Source of the DNA: Desulfurococcaceae archaeon
Lineage (GTDB): Archaea; Thermoproteota; Thermoprotei_A; Sulfolobales; Desulfurococcaceae
DNA: 64,000 bases
Direction of reading: 5' to 3'
Assembly (NCBI GenBank): GCA_038816475.1
Contig: JAWBAI010000002.1
Span: forward strand, 96,001-160,000
The notes below the pieces were generated by a model. The model was not told the origin of the DNA. It worked only from the letters and a program-made list of their open reading frames with translations, and ran no database searches. Positions 19,164-29,030 of the stretch are shown piece after piece (position 1 is the stretch's first letter; each line of letters begins with the position of its first letter). Position numbers and translations under genes: made by a program.

Positions 19164-19173
19164 ATTTCATCCC
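19122..19173 (-). ncRNA. Candidate box C/D or K-turn sRNA antisense to the 3' end of the radical SAM gene
   Basis: Minus strand GGGATGA-AATCTACGAACCCCAGT-CTGA-TCCG-CTGATGA-AACTGGGCG-CTGA. TATA-like CTTTATAAG ~26-34 nt upstream (19199-19207). Confidence 0.6.
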
Positions 19174-19217
19174 ATACGTATTACCAAGATAGAAACTGCT
19201 TATAAAGTCTTGTATAA

Positions 19218-19637
19218 CTAGCTCGAAGCTTCTCCCCCGGACCTTAAGAAACCCGAAAGCCATGGACACGTGAGAGGATCGTAGAATCCCCCCTCATAAC
19301 ACCTGTTCGTATATTGACATGTAATACAGGGAACTTTTATAACGCTTAGAACAATCTCTCTTAAAGATAGTGGTGATTCTCCAAGTTTCTCGAGAACTTC
19401 GAGTATCTTTTTCTTGTCTATTCTTAGTATGTACGTGCGTCTTTTTCTGTGAACAACGGGTTCTCTTGAGACTAATCCCATCTTCTCGAGCTTGTACAGA
19501 GATTTAGACACGAGCTTTGGATCAAGGTTTATCATTGAAGGAACGTCGTTCTGGTATATCGGGTTTTCTACCTTGTATAGAAACCTCAGTATTTCGATAT
19601 CATACTTGTTTAACGAATTCGGCATATATAGCACCAA
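19218..19637 (-). CDS. Transcription factor E beta subunit (RPC34-like; wHTH plus 4Fe-4S domain)
   Basis: N-terminal MarR-like wHTH (IYQNDV...KLVSKSLYKLEKMGLVSRE), C-terminal PCITCQYTNRC...LTCPWL. Lies next to tfb2/gar1 as in Sulfolobales. Confidence 0.8.
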   Translation of the reverse strand: MVLYMPNSLNKYDIEILRFLYKVENPIYQNDVPSMINLDPKLVSKSLYKLEKMGLVSREPVVHRKRRTYILRIDKKKILEVLEKLGESPLSLREIVLSVIKVPCITCQYTNRCYEGGFYDPLTCPWLSGFLRSGGEASS

Positions 19638-19790
19638 TAATCCATCACTAATCAGATACCTCTGTTATCTTTGTTGCACGGTGTAATATACTTAAACCAG
19701 CGAATCTTCACATGGATGTTAAAGGACCTCCTGGAGCCTACCTTAGAACAAGGAGTTTATCGTGTAGAAAACGGAATCCGAGATTTTCTT

Positions 19791-20666
19791 CTACATGATG
19801 ACATATATGTCAAGAGCTCTAACTAAAGCACTATAAGCGTTTCTAATGGCAACATCGGTTTGTCCAACAGTACTTCCTACCTCCATTTGAGTCTTCCTAC
19901 TATTCAGTAGTATGCTAGCAAGGTAAACTGCAGCTGCTGCTAGACTTGCAGGACTCTTACCACTTACCACCGGATGCTCTCTAACATTACCAACAATTTC
20001 GCTAGCCAATGCACCTATCTCGGGGGGTAATTTTAGCGATGATGTTACGTAGTTCACGTAGAAGCGGGGTTCGTTCGATTCAACAAGGGTTTTCGTATCC
20101 TTGTCCAGCTCGCTGAGCTTTCTGAGTCCATCCCATAGATCTCCTTCTTCTAGTCCCACCTCTTTCGCAAACAACTTTATGGGTCTTGGGTACCCGCACT
20201 TCTTATAAGCCGTGAACATTGCTGCAGCTACGACCTTCCTCAAAGTCTGCTCCTTAACATTCACATCTTTCATTATCTTATGGAGAATCTCGCCAGCCGT
20301 TTCAATTACAGCGCTTGGCGCGTTCAACCGCTTAGCCAAGTTATTCAACTCTCTGAGTGCTTTTACTAGTCTTCTGTGTTGCTTATCGAACTTAACATCG
20401 ATATTTCGCATAACCCATGTTCGCCCCTCTACTATGTGCCTTGTAATATTACCTGCAATCTCTGTTCCACCAACACCGTGATCGTGAACTCTATGAGTGA
20501 ATGAACCGCTGTACCGTGGTACATGGTTCTCTTTCAAGTTTCTCTCAGCACTCATAAGAATAGGTCTATCTTCAAGTACAGTACCACACGACGGACACAC
20601 ATACGCATGAAGGGTGAAATCGTATAGTATTTCCTCACAGCCGCAGTAACCGCATTTCATCGTCAA
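19791..20666 (-). CDS. tfb: Transcription initiation factor IIB paralogue (TFB2-like)
   Basis: Zn ribbon CGYC...CPSCG, two cyclin repeats, SGKSPASLAAAAVYLAS, TQMEVG..VGQTDVAIRNAY. Confidence 0.9.
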   Translation of the reverse strand: MTMKCGYCGCEEILYDFTLHAYVCPSCGTVLEDRPILMSAERNLKENHVPRYSGSFTHRVHDHGVGGTEIAGNITRHIVEGRTWVMRNIDVKFDKQHRRLVKALRELNNLAKRLNAPSAVIETAGEILHKIMKDVNVKEQTLRKVVAAAMFTAYKKCGYPRPIKLFAKEVGLEEGDLWDGLRKLSELDKDTKTLVESNEPRFYVNYVTSSLKLPPEIGALASEIVGNVREHPVVSGKSPASLAAAAVYLASILLNSRKTQMEVGSTVGQTDVAIRNAYSALVRALDIYVIM

Positions 20667-20677
20667 CCCCCTCTAAT

Positions 20678-20944
20678 TCAATTAACTTTAACCTTCCTGC
20701 GTTGTACGCTGTAGTATACTCTCTCCTTTCTCACAGCTAAGAACTCTCCCAGCTCCTTATCCAGTAGTTTTACCACTATGCGAGGGTTGTCGACCCTACC
20801 TATGACATCAATAACTGTTCCGAGCTTTCTACCGGAGCTATCAAAGACATCCCTGTACACTGTTTCAAGAACAGATTTTACGTGTGGTTTAACAATCAGG
20901 TAACCATCCTTAGTAAAAGTTTCAACTATTCCTAGCAATCGCAT
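20678..20944 (-). CDS. gar1: H/ACA RNP protein Gar1/Naf1
   Basis: MRLLG, VFDSSGRKLGTVIDVIGRVDNP. Conserved gar1-tfb linkage. Confidence 0.85.
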   Translation of the reverse strand: MRLLGIVETFTKDGYLIVKPHVKSVLETVYRDVFDSSGRKLGTVIDVIGRVDNPRIVVKLLDKELGEFLAVRKERVYYSVQRRKVKVN

Positions 20945-21237
20945 AAAATAACCTCGCTAGTTTCGTCGTAGATGGGATATTTCGTCTAAGTACTTTAAAA
21001 ATAACCACCTAAGCGATCCTATGTCCCTATTCAGGACCAATATAGCGGTTCCTTAACATGGTTTATTCAATTTCATCGTAATACTAAAGTGTGAAGGTTT
21101 ATGGATTGAAGTACAAACTTACATACGTGTATTTTGTAATACGATGCTCATACACATAAACTTACGGTTAACTAGGTTAATCAAAACAACAACTTGTTTG
21201 TGTAAATATACTCTGCATCACCGTATTGTTTAGAGCG

Positions 21238-21552
21238 TTACCGCTTTACTCCACGTATTTCTTTCAAAGCACGTGCTATCTCATAGATGGTTTTGAGCTT
21301 GCTGCCACGTTTGCTTACAATAACTCTCCCTTTGGCTCCGCTTCTACCGTGTCTCGGATATAGAGTGTTTTGTTCAACTTCCGCATTCAATCCAAGCACT
21401 CTGGCAGCTCTAACTATCTCTTCTAGGGTTGGATTAGGCACCGCTAAGCTCAAAGGTACACGTCTACCATTTTTTCTGCTCAAGTTGTAGTCCAGGTACG
21501 CTGGATAAATTATAATGCGTTTACCTTCGTAATCTCTTCGCAATAAGCTCAC
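21238..21552 (-). CDS. srp19: Signal recognition particle protein SRP19
   Basis: IIYPAYLD..SRKNGRRVP..LAVPNPTLEEI, YPR, GRVIV. Confidence 0.95.
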   Translation of the reverse strand: MSLLRRDYEGKRIIIYPAYLDYNLSRKNGRRVPLSLAVPNPTLEEIVRAARVLGLNAEVEQNTLYPRHGRSGAKGRVIVSKRGSKLKTIYEIARALKEIRGVKR

Positions 21553-21568
21553 TCTGCAAAAGAAAACA

Positions 21569-21949
21569 CTACTGTATGAGGACTCCGTTTAAAACGCCAT
21601 GCTGCCCGGGTCTTGACGTTATTTTAACAAGCCCTATCTCGGTTTTAACTACAGAGCCTTTAGATATTATCTTGAACTTCGCGTTCTGGGGGTTTTCAGG
21701 TGTCTCAACAACATCTAGTATTTTGACTTTCTTCGTAGTGCCATCTTTTAGTGCTACGTTAACATAGAGTGCTTTCTTGAGCCTTACTTTAATGTTTCCT
21801 CCGAAAACTCTTTCAATTACTTTTCTCTCTGTGGTACTCATAGTGGTTTTCGTAGGCGGTCCTCCGAGTTCGTATTTACGTTTATCTCGATGTTTACCCT
21901 TTAATCCTCCGCCGGGTTTTCTGAGGTCATTACCCTGATAATAAGACAT
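21569..21949 (-). CDS. rps8e: 30S ribosomal protein S8e
   Basis: YQGNDLRK.GG, KRKYELG, ITSRPGQHGVLNG. Confidence 0.97.
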   Translation of the reverse strand: MSYYQGNDLRKPGGGLKGKHRDKRKYELGGPPTKTTMSTTERKVIERVFGGNIKVRLKKALYVNVALKDGTTKKVKILDVVETPENPQNAKFKIISKGSVVKTEIGLVKITSRPGQHGVLNGVLIQ

Positions 21950-22232
21950 CGCTCTTCACACCAACTTTATCACATAATAACCAAAAATGCCTTAAAAATA
22001 AACACAAGTAGTTAAGTAGCAGTTCTAGTGATGTAAGATTAGATCGAATGTTTCCTTGTATAGAATAGAGTCCTGCAGAATTTATTAACCTCTGAGGCTT
22101 GTAAGAAAACCCGGTAACCCCGGGCTCCTGAGCCCGTAGTAAACCTTTGTTGAAACCCATGATGAATCACAATAGGAAAATCGCAGAAACTCAAAGGACA
22201 TAAAGTGGTATCTATATACTTCTAAGTGTGAA

Positions 22233-23036
22233 GTGCTTATGAACAGGGGGTTCGTGCTGAGATTGACAAACATCATGCTTAAACCCGTTTACAGACTCTA
22301 CGAGAAATGGCTATGGCTTCAAATAAAGAATGGTCCTTTTCCAAGACACATTGGAATAATTCCGGATGGAAACAGAAGATGGGCTTATCGAATGGGTCTT
22401 CAACCTCATGAAGGTCATTTGTTTGGGTATGAGAAGATAAAGGAGGTCTTAAAATGGATATGGGACTTGAAGATAAAGTACGTGACTATATTCGCTATGA
22501 GCACGGAAAACTGCCTATATAGGAGTGATTACGAGCGACAACAACTGTTCAATCTTGCAAGGCAGGGCTTAGAGGAACTAATGAATATGCCGGAAATACA
22601 TGAATACGGAGTTAGAGTACGCGTCGTTGGAAGACTAGAGTATCTACCCCAGGAAGTTAGAAAAACCGCGATGGAGATAGAAGAAGCAACTAAAAACAAT
22701 AGCAACTACATGCTTGTAATAGCTCTTTGCTACGGTGGTAGGCAGGATATCCTGGATGCAGTAAGGAGACTAGCTATAGATGTTCAAGAAGGTAGGTTAA
22801 CACCGTCCAGTATATCCGAGGAGATTTTTACAAAGTATCTTTCAACAGGTGATGTCCCAGACGTGGACCTGGTTGTGAGGACAAGTGGGGAGGAGAGAAT
22901 AAGCAACTTTTTGCTATGGCATTTAGCTTATAGTGAGCTGTACTTCTGCGAAGCGTACTGGCCTGAGTTTAGGAAAATCGACCTCTGGAGAGCCATTAGA
23001 AGCTATCAGAGAAGGGAAAGACGTTTTGGTCGTTGA
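22233..23036 (+). CDS. uppS: cis-prenyltransferase (UppS family)
   Basis: HIGIIPDGNRRWA, MSTEN, YGGRQDI, RTSGEERISNFLLW. Confidence 0.95.
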   Translation: MLMNRGFVLRLTNIMLKPVYRLYEKWLWLQIKNGPFPRHIGIIPDGNRRWAYRMGLQPHEGHLFGYEKIKEVLKWIWDLKIKYVTIFAMSTENCLYRSDYERQQLFNLARQGLEELMNMPEIHEYGVRVRVVGRLEYLPQEVRKTAMEIEEATKNNSNYMLVIALCYGGRQDILDAVRRLAIDVQEGRLTPSSISEEIFTKYLSTGDVPDVDLVVRTSGEERISNFLLWHLAYSELYFCEAYWPEFRKIDLWRAIRSYQRRERRFGR

Positions 23037-23041
23037 AAATT

Positions 23042-23947
23042 TTACTCATCATCGGTTACACCGTACATTATCTTAAGTTCTTCTATTGAAAACTTCTTCC
23101 TAGGTCTTTGCTGGATCTCCTGCATAATCTTCTCCTTCTTGTTATTGAGAAGTGCTATTTTCTTTAGTTCGTTTATTTTTCTGATTACTTCACTGTGCTT
23201 TTGCTTCAAGGCGTTGACCTTGGATGTTTGAACAACTATTTCGTCGCCTGTTCTTTTAATTTCCTCGCCTATAGTTGCTATACGTTGTTTTACCTCATTG
23301 TACCTGGATACTAGTTTCGTGAGCTCATTCTCGAGTTCTCCTATGCTAGTACTCTTAGCGCTAATACTATCTTTTAGTTGCTTGATTTTTTCAGATAGAT
23401 TTCTAATCTCTACTTTAAGGGATTCCCTGATCGCTCTTAACTCGAGTACTTCTTCTCTGCTTTTAGTCGCTGCTAGCGCTTTTTCGTAGAGCGACATGTA
23501 CGCTCTTAGTTTTTCAATCCACTTTGCTTCCTCTTCAACTGTTAATGCTGTAGTTTGTATTTTCCACTCTATTTCATCTATCTTCTTCTTGATAGCGCTA
23601 ACTGGCAGTTTAGCCTCCTTGGCAAGTGCCCGGGCTACAGTTGTTTTCTCGTTTATTAGCTCTTTTAACGCTTTGAGCTCGTTTATTGCTTTTCGTCGCT
23701 CAGCTACAGTGTTCTTAAGTTCTTTTAAAAGCTCTCTGCGCTCCTCCTTCAGTTTTCTCATATTAGCTTTAATAGAACGGATTTTTTCCAAAAGTTTGAT
23801 TTTGTCTTCTCTGAGTTTTTTCAACTCGGACTGTAGTGTAATCTGGTGTTCACGTAGTTTCTTGATGGTTTCCCGAGTTCTAGCTATTTCATCCAGCAGT
23901 CTTTCAGCTTCTTCGTGAAGAAGCGATATGTCGGAATCAATACTCAT
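23042..23947 (-). CDS. Archaeal long coiled-coil protein (COG1340-like)
   Basis: Continuous heptads and IDEIEWKIQTTALTVEEE motif. Confidence 0.75.
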   Translation of the reverse strand: MSIDSDISLLHEEAERLLDEIARTRETIKKLREHQITLQSELKKLREDKIKLLEKIRSIKANMRKLKEERRELLKELKNTVAERRKAINELKALKELINEKTTVARALAKEAKLPVSAIKKKIDEIEWKIQTTALTVEEEAKWIEKLRAYMSLYEKALAATKSREEVLELRAIRESLKVEIRNLSEKIKQLKDSISAKSTSIGELENELTKLVSRYNEVKQRIATIGEEIKRTGDEIVVQTSKVNALKQKHSEVIRKINELKKIALLNNKKEKIMQEIQQRPRKKFSIEELKIMYGVTDDE

Positions 23948-23964
23948 GTACTTTTAAAGCACCT

Positions 23965-24660
23965 CTACTTGCTAATTATCACTCTAACATCAACAGCTAT
24001 TGCTCCCTTCGGGTACGCGATTACGGGGTTTAGGTCTATTGACTCGATCTCAGGGTTCTCGTCGAGGAGTTTAGAGGTTTTAACTATGATATCAGCAATA
24101 GCGTGCTTATCAACGGGTGGTTGACCTCTGTAACCGTTGAGTATGCTAGATGATTTTATCTCCTCGATCATCTCTAGTGCATCTTCGTATGTTATGGGTG
24201 TTATTCTGAAGGAAACATCCCTTAGTACTTCAACGAATATTCCACCTAAACCAAACATTACTGCTGGCCCAAAAACGTTGTCTCTTACTCCTCCCACGAT
24301 TACCTCGAGGCCTGGTGGTGCCATATTATACATTAGTACTCCTTCAATACGCGCGTGTGGCGCCCTTTGAGAAACAAGAGTGAGCATTTCTTCTAATGCT
24401 TTAGCGACTTCCTCCTTGCTCATTAAACCCAGCTTAACACCTCCTACATCGCTTTTGTGAGTTATATCTGGTGACACGATCTTGAGAGCTATTGGGTATC
24501 CTACGGTGTCAGCCAGCTGGTATGCTTCCAGGGGTGATTTTACAAGGTATGCTTTAGGTGTTCTTATTCCGTAATAGGTTGCAAGTTCAAAAGCTTCGTG
24601 TTCGAGGAGCTTTGTTCTATCCTCCTGAATAGCCTTTCTGATGATTTCTCGTGGTGTCAT
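23965..24660 (-). CDS. acdB: Acetate-CoA ligase (ADP-forming), beta subunit
   Basis: ATP-grasp LKIVSPDITHKSDVGGV, FGPAVMFGLGGIFVE, DLNP. Confidence 0.93.
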   Translation of the reverse strand: MTPREIIRKAIQEDRTKLLEHEAFELATYYGIRTPKAYLVKSPLEAYQLADTVGYPIALKIVSPDITHKSDVGGVKLGLMSKEEVAKALEEMLTLVSQRAPHARIEGVLMYNMAPPGLEVIVGGVRDNVFGPAVMFGLGGIFVEVLRDVSFRITPITYEDALEMIEEIKSSSILNGYRGQPPVDKHAIADIIVKTSKLLDENPEIESIDLNPVIAYPKGAIAVDVRVIISK

Positions 24661-24668
24661 GAAGATCC

Positions 24669-26069
24669 CTACCTTTGAATTTCTCTTCTCTTAATTAGGC
24701 TGTATTGGTAGAGGGATTTTAATGCCTTTGCAAGCCTCTCGGGTGATTCAAACACGGTTACACCTCCCTCTTGGAGTTTTCTAGCCGTTTCCATTGCTAT
24801 TTCGCTTCCAATAGTCAAAGCAACAATGGGTTTTTCAAACTCGTTCTTCAGCTTTACTATATGGTCTACAAAAGTACCCTTTATTCCCGGAACCTGTGGA
24901 AGAGCCACCACAACTATAGCATCTACATCCTCTCTTCTTACTAAAACGTCGAGAACTCTAATGTAGCGTTCATCGTCGGTATCACCAGTTAAGTCTATGG
25001 GGTTATCAATAATGCAGTGCCTTGGAAGCTCCTTTCTCAATTGCTCTCTAAGGTCAGGTGGTGTTAATGGTACTTCAAACCCGTTGCTGGTTAAAGCATC
25101 TGTCAACATTACACCTACACCACCAGCGTCTGTTACTATGTAGACTCTGTTACCCTTCATCAGTGGCTGATCCAGTAGTATTCTTACCATGTCCATCATT
25201 TCGTCAAAACTCTCAGCCTCCAGTACACCCGCTTGCTTGAACGCTGCTCTGTAAACACCGTAATCACCAGCCAGAGCAGCCGTATGGCTAGCTGCTGCAC
25301 GCCCCCCTCTACCTGTTTTCCCGGCTTTGTATACGACCACCGGCTTCTTTTTGACCACTCTTCTAGCAACATTGAGAAGCGCTTTTCCTCTACCGGGTTT
25401 AAAGCCCTCAACGTACATTAGGATGACTTTAGTTTTATCATCTTCACCCAGGAAATCCAGTAGCTCTACATCATCTACATCTATCTTGTTCCCATAGCTT
25501 ATAGCTCTCGAAACACCTATGCCGTAATACGCCATCCAATCCATGAGCGCTGTTGCGAATGCACCACTCTGGCTTATAAACCCCACATATCCTCTCGGTG
25601 GTTTCCTCATCTTAGTTGTGAAGAACGTATCTACACCACTCCAGTTGTCGAACACCCCGATGCAGTTTGGTCCTATGACTCTGATCCCGTACTCACGGGA
25701 TATCTTGATAACCTTGTCCTCCAGTAGTTCACCCTCTGGTGTTCCTGTCTCGCGGAATCCGCCGCTTATGATGATAACAGCTTTAGTGCCTTTTTCACCT
25801 AGCTCGGAGAGAGCGTCTGGCACGCTTGGTGCAGGTATAACTATAACCCCTAGGTCTGGGGTCTCAGGTACATCTCTTATGCTTCTATAGCACTTTAGAC
25901 CCAGAACTTCGTCGTAGTGAGGGTTTACTGGGTATATTCTGCCTTTGAACTTCAACACGAAGTTCTCAAGTATAGCACGTCCAACTTTACCTTCCTTTGG
26001 CGTTGCACCAACAATTACAACACTCTCCGGGTAAAAGAACTTGGTTAGACTTGCATGTCCCACGTTCAC
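24669..26069 (-). CDS. acdA: Acetate-CoA ligase (ADP-forming), alpha subunit
   Basis: GPNCIG, ISQSGA, SYGNKID, AASHTAALAG (phospho-His), NPIDLTGD. Confidence 0.93.
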   Translation of the reverse strand: MNVGHASLTKFFYPESVVIVGATPKEGKVGRAILENFVLKFKGRIYPVNPHYDEVLGLKCYRSIRDVPETPDLGVIVIPAPSVPDALSELGEKGTKAVIIISGGFRETGTPEGELLEDKVIKISREYGIRVIGPNCIGVFDNWSGVDTFFTTKMRKPPRGYVGFISQSGAFATALMDWMAYYGIGVSRAISYGNKIDVDDVELLDFLGEDDKTKVILMYVEGFKPGRGKALLNVARRVVKKKPVVVYKAGKTGRGGRAAASHTAALAGDYGVYRAAFKQAGVLEAESFDEMMDMVRILLDQPLMKGNRVYIVTDAGGVGVMLTDALTSNGFEVPLTPPDLREQLRKELPRHCIIDNPIDLTGDTDDERYIRVLDVLVRREDVDAIVVVALPQVPGIKGTFVDHIVKLKNEFEKPIVALTIGSEIAMETARKLQEGGVTVFESPERLAKALKSLYQYSLIKRREIQR

Positions 26070-26107
26070 GGTTATTCACCGGGGCAATGAATCAATACCA
26101 CGAGTAT

Positions 26108-26149
26108 ATGATGAGCTCGTGACTTAATAACCGGTTCCCAAAAGCCTGA
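26108..26149 (+). ncRNA. Possible box C/D sRNA (internal boxes unclear)
   Basis: ATGATGA 26108 and CTGA 26146 in the acdA/tldD intergenic gap. D'/C' not convincing. Confidence 0.3.
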
Positions 26150-26203
26150 GGACCCGGAACTCGGAGTAAAACATATAACTACAACTTACTTTTACGACTC
26201 ACG

Positions 26204-27658
26204 GTGAACCTCTGCTTGAGCGTGGACGAAAGCCTACTCCAGGAGCTGGTGGATAAGGGTAGAGAACTAGGAGCTTCCTATGTAGAATCGCGATACCACG
26301 AGAACCGTGGATTTCTAGTGAACGTGCGAAACGGAAAACCCATAGGTATATCCTACATCAAGGAGAGTGGTGTTGGTATAAGGGTTCTTGTAAACGGATC
26401 TCTGGGGTTCGCGGCAACTTCGGATACCACCAGAGAATCCCTACTGAACGCTCTTAAAGCTGCCATAACCCGCGCAAAAGCTTTAAGCAGGCTGAGAAAG
26501 AGCCCTATTGAGTTTTCAGAGGAAAAACTGGGTGTTGTAAACTACGGAGTTGTAGAAAGAAAACCTGTTGAAACCTATGTAACCCCTGACGCTGCACTGA
26601 GTTTACTATCTGAAATCTACAAGTTGTCTACTGAGAGTGTGAAGGAGGCTAAGCTGGCTGTTATGACCGGTATGTTTAGAGTACTCATCGAAGAAAAAAC
26701 CATTGTAACATCTGATGGTGGATGCGTACGCTCCAGAATACCAAGGCTGTACGCGTTCCTCCAGAGTACCCTTGTTCACCAGCGTGGATCCCTTCAAAAA
26801 GTAAGAGAGTTTGGTTCATCCGGAGGAGTTGAGAAGATAGAGGAGTGGAACATCCAAAGCAGAATTGTTGAAGAGCTTCGCGCTCTTGAAAATGTCCTAG
26901 TTAGAGGAGTTGAACCTCCTAAGGAGAAAGTAGATGTAGTACTTGGACCCGAGGTTGTTGGACTGATCGTTCACGAGTCTTCCGGCCACCCCATGGAGGC
27001 TGATAGGATTCTCGGAAGAGAAGCTGCACAAGCAGGTGAATCCTACGTGAAACCAGACATGATCGGAGTGTTCAAGGTTGGCAACAAGTACGCCACCGTA
27101 GTCGACGATCCCACAATACCCGGTAGCTACGGGTTCTTCCTCTACGACGACGAGTGCGTTAAAGCAAGACCTAGGTACCTCTACAAGGAGGGCTTAATCA
27201 ACGAACCTCTGCACAATAGACACACAGCTAAGATCCTTCGAACCAGTAGTAATGGAGCAGCTAGGTCGATGAACTTCGCATCAGAACCCATAGTAAGGAT
27301 GAGCAACACTTATCTACTGCCAGGAGACATGGAGTTCGAGGAGCTTATAGAAGACATAGACCTGGGCATATACGTCAAGTCTTACATGGAGTGGAACATT
27401 GACGACGTACGGTGGAACCAAAGATACGTAGGACTTGAAGCCTACATGATAAGGAACGGAGAACTTGCAGAACCTGTTCGAAACCCCGTTCTAGAGTTCA
27501 CAACGGGTTGGTTTTACAACAACATTGTAGCCGTAGACAAGAACCTTACCTTCTTCCCTGGAACCTGCGGTAAAGGTGAACCATCTCAAGGAGTACCCGT
27601 ATGGTTCGGTGGTCCCAACGTTAGATTAGCAAAAATGACAGTAGGTGTTCTGGGATGA
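26204..27658 (+). CDS. tldD: TldD-family metalloprotease
   Basis: VHESSGHPMEAD (HExxGH), RMSNTY, GTCGKG..QGVPV..GGP. Confidence 0.93.
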   Translation: MNLCLSVDESLLQELVDKGRELGASYVESRYHENRGFLVNVRNGKPIGISYIKESGVGIRVLVNGSLGFAATSDTTRESLLNALKAAITRAKALSRLRKSPIEFSEEKLGVVNYGVVERKPVETYVTPDAALSLLSEIYKLSTESVKEAKLAVMTGMFRVLIEEKTIVTSDGGCVRSRIPRLYAFLQSTLVHQRGSLQKVREFGSSGGVEKIEEWNIQSRIVEELRALENVLVRGVEPPKEKVDVVLGPEVVGLIVHESSGHPMEADRILGREAAQAGESYVKPDMIGVFKVGNKYATVVDDPTIPGSYGFFLYDDECVKARPRYLYKEGLINEPLHNRHTAKILRTSSNGAARSMNFASEPIVRMSNTYLLPGDMEFEELIEDIDLGIYVKSYMEWNIDDVRWNQRYVGLEAYMIRNGELAEPVRNPVLEFTTGWFYNNIVAVDKNLTFFPGTCGKGEPSQGVPVWFGGPNVRLAKMTVGVLG

Positions 27659-28983
27659 GTGACGTAGAAGTTCTACGTAAGATAGTGAATGAGCTCTCAA
27701 GAACGTACGATGACGTAGCTATTGTTCTAAACAAAGCGGAAAGAGTCATGGTTAAACTCTGGAACACGGAGCCATCTGTGGTTCAAAACTGGTTCGACTG
27801 GGATCTCGGAGTAAGATTATCGAAGAACAGACGTATGTGGATACTATGGCTTTACTCGAAAGACCCCGAGTACATTCTGAAAAGCTCAAACAAGCTCCTG
27901 GAACTAGCAGATAAAATCGAGGAGTCTGAAATATACTCACCTCTCCCTGAACCATCCAAGTGTAGTCCCCTGGAAAACGCGTACGATCACAACGTGGAGA
28001 AGTACATGGAGGATCCGTCGAAACCAGTAGAGCTAATGGTGAACGAAGCTCTCTCCCAACACGTGGAAAGAGTAGCTGGAATGCTAACACTTGGAAAACT
28101 CAGCAAGACACTCATAACCAGCAAGGGATTCGAGTGCGAGGAGACAAAAACCTTTGTAGAAGCATATCTAAGAGCGTTCAAGAAGGAGCACAGCGGGCAC
28201 TGGGCCTACGGTTCTACCCGCGTTGATTTTGAAAAATTAAAAACAGTTGGTCAAAAAGCAGGATACTACGCAACATTAACAGAGAGAAAAGCGGACTTCA
28301 CCCCTGGGAAGTACAACATTGTTGTTTCCCCACTAGTTGCTGGTAACTTGTTTAACTACATTGCAAGAATGTCTTCAGCTCTCATGATACTCTCAGGTTT
28401 CTCGTTCTTAGCTAAGTTCACACCTGGAAGTAGAATAGCCTCTGACAAGCTGTCACTCTACGATAAACCTAGAGATCCACTATTACACGGAGGTACAGGC
28501 TTCGACGATGAAGGAACACCGTCCTACAATAAGCCCATCGTAGAAAAAGGCGTTTATGCTACAATGTTACACAATACGGGTACAGCTAAAAGATTCGGGG
28601 TAGCATCAACAGGTAATGCTGGGTGGATCATGCCAAGACCATGGAACATTGAAATTTCAAGTGGAGAACTGAGAGAAGATGAACTAGTGCAGGAGCTTAG
28701 AGACGGAGTTCTAATAACAAACAACTGGTATACAAGATTGCAAAACTACTTTGAAGGCTACTTCTCGACAGTTACAAGGGATGCTACCCTACTCGTTAGG
28801 AATGGAGAAATCATCGGCAATATTGGCAGAGTAAGAATAACAAGTAGCTTCCCATATTTACTCTCCAATATCAAAGACATGACGAGAACTGTCTACGATA
28901 TAGCATGGTGGGAAGTAAGTATACCTACGAGAGCACCGTACATTATAGTACAAAACGTTCAGCTAACGAAACCCGAAGTCTAG
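27655..28983 (+). CDS. pmbA: TldE/PmbA-family protein
   Basis: GFDDEG, STGNAG, no HExxH. ATGA-coupled to tldD. Confidence 0.88.
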   Translation: MSDVEVLRKIVNELSRTYDDVAIVLNKAERVMVKLWNTEPSVVQNWFDWDLGVRLSKNRRMWILWLYSKDPEYILKSSNKLLELADKIEESEIYSPLPEPSKCSPLENAYDHNVEKYMEDPSKPVELMVNEALSQHVERVAGMLTLGKLSKTLITSKGFECEETKTFVEAYLRAFKKEHSGHWAYGSTRVDFEKLKTVGQKAGYYATLTERKADFTPGKYNIVVSPLVAGNLFNYIARMSSALMILSGFSFLAKFTPGSRIASDKLSLYDKPRDPLLHGGTGFDDEGTPSYNKPIVEKGVYATMLHNTGTAKRFGVASTGNAGWIMPRPWNIEISSGELREDELVQELRDGVLITNNWYTRLQNYFEGYFSTVTRDATLLVRNGEIIGNIGRVRITSSFPYLLSNIKDMTRTVYDIAWWEVSIPTRAPYIIVQNVQLTKPEV

Positions 28984-29030
28984 GCTTTTTCTCAGACCTA
29001 TGGTTAAAAAGGTCCTGGCGAGAACTCTGT

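Noticed and set aside
19712-19798. 28-codon ORF between the TFE-beta and tfb genes
   Set aside because: No SD or recognisable composition. Likely chance.
26204-28983. TldD/E as a RiPP maturation system
   Set aside because: No precursor peptide, YcaO or transporter adjacent. The pair is common housekeeping in archaea.
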